NCBI GenBank assembly: GCA_963555995.3 | Contig: OY821641.1 | Coordinates: 2,752,001 to 2,816,000, forward strand | DNA: 64,000 nucleotides | From: Vicinamibacteria bacterium | GTDB taxonomy: Bacteria > Acidobacteriota > Vicinamibacteria > Marinacidobacterales > Marinacidobacteraceae | Direction: 5' to 3' | Shown here: piece after piece, positions 57,328 to 64,000 of the stretch | How positions within the stretch are numbered: the first letter of the stretch is position 1 | Layout of the letters: each line of letters starts with the position of its first letter | Made by a program: the position numbers and the translations under genes | The notes under the pieces: generated by a model | Databases searched by the model: none | The model's input: the letters and a program-made list of their open reading frames with translations, nothing else | What the model was told of the DNA's origin: nothing

Positions 57328-58158
57328 TCAGTCGGCCGCCAGCCCGGCGATCCGGATCGGACCGAAGTTCTCGTCTTGGCCCACCGAAATGCGGCGTCGG
57401 CGCGCCAGTTCCAGGATCGCCAGGAACGCCGCGACCAGGGTTCCCCGGTCCACGTTGCCCTCGATGACCTCGAAGAGGAGTTCCTCGAAATCGTGCTCGA
57501 CGCCGGGCGGCACGGCGGCCTCGATGCGGCCGATCAGGACCGCCATGGAGATGCGGCGTTCGGGGATCGGCACCTGGGGCCGCGCCCGCGCCCGGACGAC
57601 GACCCGCCGGAAAGCCTCCACCACCGCGAAGAGGTCCACCTGCAGGAGGGTCTCCGGCTCGGCGCTCGCGGAGTCGCCATTCGCCGCTTCGCCCTCCACG
57701 AAACCGAGGGCGGGCTGGCGGACCCACACCGCACGGCGCGCCTCGAGGCTCTCCCGCAACTTGCGGGCGGCGTCCCGGTAGCGGGCGTAGTCCCGGAGCC
57801 GGTCCTCGAGCGCGGCCAGCGGGTCCGCCTCCGCTCCGGCGGCGGCCGGGAGGGGCCGGGGCAGGAGGCGGCGCGCCTTGATCCGGAGGAGCGCGGTCGC
57901 CAGCTTGAGGAACTCGGAGCCGACCCGGAGGTCCAGCATCTCGAGGAGTTCCAGGGTCTCCAGGTACTGCCGGGTGATGGACGCGATCTCGATCCGCAGC
58001 GGATCGGCCTGACCCTCGCGCACCATGCGGAGGAGCAGCTCCAGCGGGCCGTCGAAACCGTCCTCGGCGGGGGAGTCTTCGCCGGCGTCGAACCGGATGC
58101 GGAAACCCGGCCCGGGCGTCCCGAATTCGGTCTCCGGCTGGTAGAGGACCGCTTTCAC
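57328..58158 (-). CDS. scpA: Segregation/condensation protein ScpA
   Basis: FDGPLELLL, ITRQYL, EFL..A.LLRIKARRLLP, FLAILEL, QDENFGPI. Confidence 0.92.
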   Translation of the reverse strand: MKAVLYQPETEFGTPGPGFRIRFDAGEDSPAEDGFDGPLELLLRMVREGQADPLRIEIASITRQYLETLELLEMLDLRVGSEFLKLATALLRIKARRLLPRPLPAAAGAEADPLAALEDRLRDYARYRDAARKLRESLEARRAVWVRQPALGFVEGEAANGDSASAEPETLLQVDLFAVVEAFRRVVVRARARPQVPIPERRISMAVLIGRIEAAVPPGVEHDFEELLFEVIEGNVDRGTLVAAFLAILELARRRRISVGQDENFGPIRIAGLAAD

Positions 58159-58161
58159 GGG

Positions 58162-59187
58162 CTAGCTGCCGGCGAGGGGGAGCCGGACCGCGGCGCGCAC
58201 CCGCTCCATGGTGGCGCGGGCCGCCTCGGACGCCTCGCGCCGGCCGGCGGCCAGGATGTCGTGCACGTCGTCGGGCCGCTGCTCGTATTCGCGCCGCCGC
58301 TCGCCGATGGGGGCGATCTCCGCGACCAGGTGGTCGGCCAGGGCGTTCTTGCACTGGATGCAGCCGATCCCGGCTGTCCGGCAGCCCTCGGCGGCCCAGT
58401 TCTGCGTCTCCCCGTCGGAGAAGATGCGATGGAGGTCGAACACCGGGCACTTCGCCGGATCGCCCGGGTCGCGGAGCCGCTTCCGCGCCGGGTCGGTCAT
58501 CATGGTCTTGAGCTTGCCGCGCACCGAACCTTCGTCTTCGGCGATGCCGATGACGTTGCCGTAGCTCTTCGACATCTTGCGTCCGTCCGTCCCCGGGAGC
58601 CGGGGCGACGGCGTGAGCCGGACGTCGGGTTCGGTGAGCACGTCCCCGTAGAACTGGTTGAACCGGCGGGCGATCTCCCGGGTGAGCTCCACGTGGGGCT
58701 TCTGGTCCTCGCCGACCGGCACCACGGCCGCGTCGTACATGACGATGTCCGCCGCCTGCAGGACGGGATACCCGAGGAACCCGTAGGTGTGGAGGTCCTT
58801 CTCCTTCAACTCCTTGATGAGTTCCTTGTAGGTCGGGACGCGCTCCAGCCAGCCGAGCGGCACCACCATCGAGAGCAGCAGATGGAGTTCGGCGTGCTCG
58901 GGCACCTGCGACTGGACGAAGAGCGTGCAGCGCTTTGGATCGAGCCCCACCGCGAGCCAGTCGGTGGCGATCTCGAGGGTGCTCGCCCGGAGGTCGCTCG
59001 TGTCCTTGTAGTCGGTGGTCAGCGCGTGCCAGTCCACGATGCAGTAGAAGGCGTCGAACTCTTCCTGCATCGCCACCCAGTTGCGGTACGCCCCCACCAG
59101 GTGCCCGAGGTGGGACGATCCGGTGGGCCGCATCCCGGAGAGGAGGCGCTTGCGCCCGCTGCGCGGTGACGTGTCCGTTTCTGCCAT
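58162..59187 (-). CDS. trpS: Tryptophan--tRNA ligase
   Basis: SGMRPTG, HLGH, YPVLQAADI, VPVGEDQ, KMSKS. Confidence 0.97.
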   Translation of the reverse strand: MAETDTSPRSGRKRLLSGMRPTGSSHLGHLVGAYRNWVAMQEEFDAFYCIVDWHALTTDYKDTSDLRASTLEIATDWLAVGLDPKRCTLFVQSQVPEHAELHLLLSMVVPLGWLERVPTYKELIKELKEKDLHTYGFLGYPVLQAADIVMYDAAVVPVGEDQKPHVELTREIARRFNQFYGDVLTEPDVRLTPSPRLPGTDGRKMSKSYGNVIGIAEDEGSVRGKLKTMMTDPARKRLRDPGDPAKCPVFDLHRIFSDGETQNWAAEGCRTAGIGCIQCKNALADHLVAEIAPIGERRREYEQRPDDVHDILAAGRREASEAARATMERVRAAVRLPLAGS

Positions 59188-59201
59188 GAAGCGTCGGGAT
59201 T

Positions 59202-61034
59202 CTACGGGCCGGGCGGTTCGTCGCCGGGATGGAGGCGGGCGTGCAGCGTCGCCGCCAGCGCCGGACCCACGGTTTCCGCGAGTTGGGCTTCGGAGGCTTC
59301 CGTCACCCGCCGCAGGCTCCCGAAGCGGCTCAGCAGCGCCTGCCGCCGCCGGGGGCCGATGCCGGGCAAGCCGTCGAGGGCGGAGCGGAGCGTGGCGGCC
59401 CGGCGGCTCTTGCGGTGGAAGGTGATGGCGAAACGGTGCGCCTCGTCCCGGGCGCGTTCGAGGAGATGGAGCGCGGGAGAGTTCCGGGGCAGCCGGAGCG
59501 GCTCCGGAGCGCCGGGCAGGAAGATCTCCTCCTCGCGCTTCGCGAGACCCGCGTGCGGGATGTGGGTGAGCCCGAGGTCGTGGAGGGCAGCGGCGGCCGA
59601 GCCGAGCTGGCCGCGCCCGCCGTCCACCAGGATCAGGTCGGGCAGTTCCTGGCCCTCGGTGAGCACCCGCCGGTAGCGCCGCAGCACCACCTCGCGCATC
59701 GAGGCGTAGTCGTCGGGCTTTCCCTTGACGGTGCGGATGCGGAACCGCCGGTACGCCGAGGGAAGCGGCTCGCCGCGCTCGAAGACCACCATCGAGGCCA
59801 CCAACTGGCGCCCGCCCAGGTTGGAGACGTCGAACGCCTCGATGCGGCGGGGCTCGGCGGGGAGTTGGAGGGCCTCCTGGAGCGCCCGGACGCGGGCGGC
59901 GGCCTTCCGTCCGGCTTCCCGGAAGTCGAGGTCGAACGCCAGCCGCGCGTTGCGGCAGACCAGGTCCACCATCCGGCGGCGGGCGCCCTTCACCGGGACG
60001 CGGATCTCGACCCGCCCGCCGCGTTTCTCGCCCAGCCAGTCGGCCACCAGCTCGCGCTCGGCGAAGTCGAGCGGCGCTTCGATCCGGGGCGGGGGCATGC
60101 GCCCCATCTCGTAGAACTGCTTCATCGCCGCTTCCACGAGTCCGGCGTCGTCCACCGGCGGCAGCTCCGAAAGCGAGAAAGTGTCCCGGTCCACCACCTT
60201 GCCGCCCCGGACCAGGAACACCTGCAACTGGGCGCGGTCGCCTTCCCGGTAGAGGCCGAACACGTCGCGGGCCTTGCCCTCGGCGGCGGCCATCTTCTGG
60301 CGGTCGTTCAGCTCGGCGAGCAGCTTCAGGCTGTCGCGCAGCCGGGCCGCCTCCTCGAAGCGTTCGGCCTCGGCCTCCTCGCGCATGCGCCGGGTGAGCG
60401 AGGTCGAGAGTTCGGTGGTCCGCCCGAGCAGGAAGAGCCGGGCGGCTTCGGAGGTCTCCCGGTATTCGTCCACCGAGCAGATCGAGTCCACGCAGGGCGC
60501 GACGCAGCGCCGGATCTGGTACTGGAGACAGGGGCGCGGACGCTTCCCGTTGAGCTGCTCGCGGCAGTTCCGGATCCCGAACAGCCGGTGCACGAGGCTC
60601 ATGCTCCGGCGGGCCAGGCTCGCCGGGAAATACGGTCCCGCGTACACCGCGCCATCCGTGCCGGCGCCCCGGACGATGTGGACCCGCGGGTACTTCTCGT
60701 TCATCGTCAGCCGCACGAGCGGCGGGTTCTTGTCGTCCCGGAGCAGGATGTTGTAGCGGGGCCGGCGGGTCTTGATGAGGTTGTTCTCGAGGTGCAGGGC
60801 CTCCCGCGCGGAGTCGGTGAGCACCACCTCCACGTCGGCGATCTGGGAGAGCAGGTTCCCCTTCCGGGCGTCGGGGGGCGGGGTGCGGAGGTGGGAGAGC
60901 ACCCGCGCCTTCACGGAGGCGGCCTTGCCCACGTAGAGCGTCTTCCCCTCCGCCGAGCGGAAGAGATAGACCCCCGCGCTCTCGGGGAGCAGGGCGATCT
61001 TGTTCTCAAGACCGGCAGGAAAACCGGCCGCCAT
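59202..61034 (-). CDS. uvrC: Excinuclease ABC subunit C
   Basis: GVYLF...YVGKA (GIY-YIG), PRYNILLRDDK, RIEAFDVSN, PDLILVDGGRGQL, RDEAHRFAI, HhH. Confidence 0.97.
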   Translation of the reverse strand: MAAGFPAGLENKIALLPESAGVYLFRSAEGKTLYVGKAASVKARVLSHLRTPPPDARKGNLLSQIADVEVVLTDSAREALHLENNLIKTRRPRYNILLRDDKNPPLVRLTMNEKYPRVHIVRGAGTDGAVYAGPYFPASLARRSMSLVHRLFGIRNCREQLNGKRPRPCLQYQIRRCVAPCVDSICSVDEYRETSEAARLFLLGRTTELSTSLTRRMREEAEAERFEEAARLRDSLKLLAELNDRQKMAAAEGKARDVFGLYREGDRAQLQVFLVRGGKVVDRDTFSLSELPPVDDAGLVEAAMKQFYEMGRMPPPRIEAPLDFAERELVADWLGEKRGGRVEIRVPVKGARRRMVDLVCRNARLAFDLDFREAGRKAAARVRALQEALQLPAEPRRIEAFDVSNLGGRQLVASMVVFERGEPLPSAYRRFRIRTVKGKPDDYASMREVVLRRYRRVLTEGQELPDLILVDGGRGQLGSAAAALHDLGLTHIPHAGLAKREEEIFLPGAPEPLRLPRNSPALHLLERARDEAHRFAITFHRKSRRAATLRSALDGLPGIGPRRRQALLSRFGSLRRVTEASEAQLAETVGPALAATLHARLHPGDEPPGP

Positions 61035-61086
61035 TTGAGCCGAATTGTAGGATGCGCCGCCCTAAGGAGCCGCCCGAGAAGAACCC

Positions 61087-62058
61087 ATGCCCCAAGCCAT
61101 CCGCATCCAGCAACCCGGCGGCCCCGAGGTGATGACCCTCGGGTCCGTCCCCGAGGCCGCTCCCGGCCCCGGCGAGGCCCTCGTCCGGGTGGAAGCCGCC
61201 GGGGTGAACTTCATTGACACCTACCACCGCACCGGGCTCTACGCCGTCCCGCTCCCGTTCACCCCGGGCGTCGAGGGCGCCGGGGTGGTGGAGGCGGTGG
61301 GGCCCGACGTCCCGGACCTCGCGCCGGGAGACCGGGTGGGCTGGGTGATGCAGATGGGCAGCTACGCCGAGGCGGCCGTGCGCCCCGCGGCGAAGCTGGT
61401 CCGGCTGCCCGAGGGAGTCACGACCACCCAGGCCGCCGCCGCGCTCCTGCAGGGGATGACGGCGCACTACCTGGTGCGCTCCACGTTCCGGGTGCAGTCC
61501 GGGATGCCGGTGCTGGTCCACGCCGCCGCCGGCGGCATGGGCCTGCTGCTCTGCCAACTGTGCCGGGCGCTCGGCGCCCGCGTGTTCGGCACCGTCTCGA
61601 CCGAAGCGAAGGCGAAGGCGGCGCGCGCCGCCGGCGCCGACCACGTGATCCGCTACACCGAGGAGGATTTCGCCGAGGTGATCCGGGAAGAACTCGGGGA
61701 CGAGGGACTGGCGGTCGCCTACGACTCGGTGGGCGAGACGACCTGGCGGAAGAGCATGAGCCTCCTCCGCCCGCGCGGGATGCTCGTCCTCTACGGCCAG
61801 TCGTCCGGACCGGTCCCCCCGGTGGACCCGCTGCTGCTGTCCCAGCATGGGTCCCTGTTCCTGACCCGGCCGACCCTCGGCGACTACGCGGCGACCACCG
61901 ACGAACTCCGCTGGCGCGCCGGCGAAGTGCTGGACGGCGTCGCCACCGGCAAGCTCCGGCTCACCATAGACCGGGAACTCCCCCTCGCCGACGCCGCCGA
62001 AGCCCACCGCCTCCTCGAGTCCCGAGCCACCACCGGCAAGCTCATCCTCCGCCCGTAG
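61087..62058 (+). CDS. qor: NADPH:quinone oxidoreductase (zeta-crystallin family)
   Basis: GVNFIDTYHRTG, LLQGMTAHYL, VHAAAGGMG, YDSVG, GSLFLTRPTL, TTGKLIL. Confidence 0.92.
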   Translation: MPQAIRIQQPGGPEVMTLGSVPEAAPGPGEALVRVEAAGVNFIDTYHRTGLYAVPLPFTPGVEGAGVVEAVGPDVPDLAPGDRVGWVMQMGSYAEAAVRPAAKLVRLPEGVTTTQAAAALLQGMTAHYLVRSTFRVQSGMPVLVHAAAGGMGLLLCQLCRALGARVFGTVSTEAKAKAARAAGADHVIRYTEEDFAEVIREELGDEGLAVAYDSVGETTWRKSMSLLRPRGMLVLYGQSSGPVPPVDPLLLSQHGSLFLTRPTLGDYAATTDELRWRAGEVLDGVATGKLRLTIDRELPLADAAEAHRLLESRATTGKLILRP

Positions 62059-62078
62059 GGGCCCGGGACCGCCGGCCT

Positions 62079-62125
62079 GGAACGCCGGTCTCCAGACCGG
62101 CACGCGCGGTGCTCCGCACCGCGCA
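62079..62125 (+). repeat. REP-like palindrome, type A
   Basis: GGAACGCCGGTCTCCAGACCGGCAC. Confidence 0.85.
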
Positions 62126-62188
62126 CGTCGTGACCCCACCCTACTCTCGGTGACGCGTACGGGTTGGACCGCCGGCCTCCGGCCGGCA

Positions 62189-62604
62189 AGCTCCCCGCAA
62201 TTGACCAGAGCTCCCCGCAATTGACCAGAGCTCCCCGCAATTGACCGGAGTTCCCCGCAATTGACCGGAGTTCCAGCGTGAATTGACCGGAGCTCGGGGC
62301 CCGAACTGACCGGAGTTCACCGTGGGCAGGCAGGAACCCGGCAAGCGCGCGGATCCGCCGAGGAGCCGGTCATCCCCCGGTAGATCGGCCCGAAAAGCCT
62401 GAAACCGGATCGAAAACCGGCGTTCCGGTCACGCGTGGAGATCCGGCTCCCGGCGAGCGCGCCTCCCGAACCGACCGCCACGGTTTGACCGGAGCTCGGC
62501 CGGAATTGACCATAGCTCCGATCCGAAATGACCATAGCTCGGCCGGAATTGACCGGAGCTGAACCTCGAATGACCGGAGTTCCAGGCCGGATTGACCGGA
62601 GTTC
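62189..62604 (+). repeat. Two clusters of six phased direct repeats, core (T/A/C)TGACC(GG/AG/AT)AG(C/T)TC
   Basis: Cores at 62201, 62221, 62241, 62261, 62283, 62306 and at 62485, 62506, 62528, 62549, 62570, 62592. Confidence 0.9.
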
Positions 62605-62624
62605 GCGCGCTGCGGCGCCGCCGC

Positions 62625-63338
62625 TCAGCCGCGTCGCTTCGGCCGGTGAATGACGACGTCGGAGCCGTCGAAGGTATGGACGGCGTCCGGTGCGCGCTCG
62701 CGGACGAGTTCGAAGCCGGGTGTGTCCGCCAGCAGGCGTTCCGGGTTGGAGAGGCGCCAACGGGTGATGCGTCGGGTCCTCCAGTCCGGGTGCGCCACCT
62801 GATACGGCGGGCCACCGTGCGGGGCGCCGTATTCGCGGCGGCTGAGGAACGCCGCCAGGGGGTCCTCGTCCAGCGTCGTCCAGGGAGGCGTTTCGCTGTC
62901 AAACTCGATGCCGATTTCCGTTCCCGGCCCCGGCGCGGCGAAGCGGATCCGTGAGGTGTCGCCCGGGGTCCCGGCGATGCTCAGGTGCAGCCCGGGGATC
63001 ACGCGGTAGGACTCGCGGAAGAGGCGGTTCGCCAGAAAGGTCAGCAACCGGTCCGGCACGAATTCCCGCAGGAACGTGACCCCCGGCTGCCCGTCTTCGT
63101 CCCGCACGTAGGTGCGGAGGTTGATTTCCGCAAAGTCCCGGTATCCGACGGCGGGCAGGCCCAGGACGTTCAGGTTGCGGAACCGGAAGGCGACCAGTGA
63201 CAGCCACGCCTCGCCGTCGAAGAGGTCGGCGGCGACCCCGGAGGGGACGAGCGGTGCGACATCCCGAGGGTCGGCCGTCCAGCTCCAGCAGGCCAGGTGG
63301 GTCCACCGGGCGCGGGCGAACACGGTGGTCACGGTCAC
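62625..63338 (-). CDS. DUF2071 (YqjF) family protein
   Basis: DLFDGEAWLSLVAFRF, FAEINLRTYVR, GVTF, YQVAHPDW. Confidence 0.82.
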   Translation of the reverse strand: MTVTTVFARARWTHLACWSWTADPRDVAPLVPSGVAADLFDGEAWLSLVAFRFRNLNVLGLPAVGYRDFAEINLRTYVRDEDGQPGVTFLREFVPDRLLTFLANRLFRESYRVIPGLHLSIAGTPGDTSRIRFAAPGPGTEIGIEFDSETPPWTTLDEDPLAAFLSRREYGAPHGGPPYQVAHPDWRTRRITRWRLSNPERLLADTPGFELVRERAPDAVHTFDGSDVVIHRPKRRG

Positions 63339-63418
63339 GTCCCTCGCCGCGGGTCAGGCGCCGCGGAACTACTCGGCTTCATCGTCTCGTGCGACTCCGC
63401 CCATGAGCACGGGAGCGA

Positions 63419-64000
63419 TCAGTTCGCGTTCGTGAACAGGAAGCCGAAGACCGCGATGAGGACGGTGATCAGGAGGGCGTAGGCCCCGATCATGATCTGT
63501 CCCAGGAGCTTCAACCCGTCGAGGCGCGCGACGATCACGTCCAGCTTGCGGTCCTGCTCGTCGAGCCGACGGTCGCGTGCGGCGCCGGCCGCAGCCAGGG
63601 CATCCAGCTTGCGGTTGCGCTCGTCGAGGCGGCGGTCGATGTCGTCAAAGCGGCGGTCGCGCTCGTCGAAGCGGCGGTCCATCTCGGCGGCGACGGCGTC
63701 CAACTTGCGGTCGAAGCGGCGGTCCTGCTCGTCGAACCGGCGGTTCTGCTCGTCGAACCGGCGGTTCATCTCCGTCACGAACGGCTGAAGCTGCTGGGCG
63801 CCGGTCTCCGAGATCATGGTGTGCATCCGCTTTTCCGCAGTATAGGCGAGCTTCGCCGCGACGCCCGCGTCCAGCAGAGCGTGGAAAACGGCGCCTTCCC
63901 CGGCGGGTTTCGGGGCGGCGTCCGCGCGAGGCGGCGCCGTCTCGGGCGGCGTGGCCGGTTTCGGTGGGGGTTCGGCGTCGGGCGGTAGCGGGGTGGGTTG
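63419..64000 (-). CDS. Coiled-coil protein with C-terminal membrane anchor (DUF1640/CCDC90-like); 5' truncated by window
   Basis: Frame is open to the window end: Pro-rich linker, VFHALLDAGV..AYTA head motif, DRRFDEQ heptads, TM IMIGAYALLITVLIAVFGFLF. Confidence 0.75.
   Translation of the reverse strand, partial: QPTPLPPDAEPPPKPATPPETAPPRADAAPKPAGEGAVFHALLDAGVAAKLAYTAEKRMHTMISETGAQQLQPFVTEMNRRFDEQNRRFDEQDRRFDRKLDAVAAEMDRRFDERDRRFDDIDRRLDERNRKLDALAAAGAARDRRLDEQDRKLDVIVARLDGLKLLGQIMIGAYALLITVLIAVFGFLFTNAN

Noticed and set aside
62189-62604. Possible mini-CRISPR or coding repeat
   Set aside because: The period is only 20-23 bp with 8-9-bp linkers, the spacing is often not a multiple of 3, and the overlapping ORFs have no credible protein features.

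Overview
GC-rich (roughly 70% by eye) chromosomal segment, most likely from an Acidobacteriota genome (inferred from an ADOP-type duplicated permease, DUF5916 and the futalosine-pathway gene mqnD). Most of it is housekeeping: acnA (partial), coaX, mqnD, gatB, accD-folC-proS, trmB, uvrA, fbaB, rluB-cmk/scpB/scpA/trpS/uvrC. Secreted hydrolases, transporters and a vapBC pair are interspersed. The most unusual material is non-coding. (1) About 24 copies of a REP-like palindrome (GGAACGCCGG...CCGGCAC), found singly, as inverted pairs and as an 84-bp tandem array. (2) A complete IS21 element inserted in the loop of one REP, with a 5-bp target duplication. (3) Three CTAG-flanked, ~180-bp MITE-like elements whose inverted ends differ but whose internal stems covary like a structured RNA. 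(4) A REP-containing 158-bp duplication of the proS 5' end that creates two TGATG-coupled 52-aa leader ORFs. (5) A 12-copy array of TGACCGGAG repeats phased at 20-23 bp. Notable protein oddities are an RluB-Cmk fusion, two secreted OB-fold paralogs with poly-Arg tails and a conserved leader, an active/inactive amidohydrolase pair and a DUF5674 two-gene module. No rRNA, tRNA or CRISPR array was recognised. All product calls come from motif recognition by eye, not from database searches.
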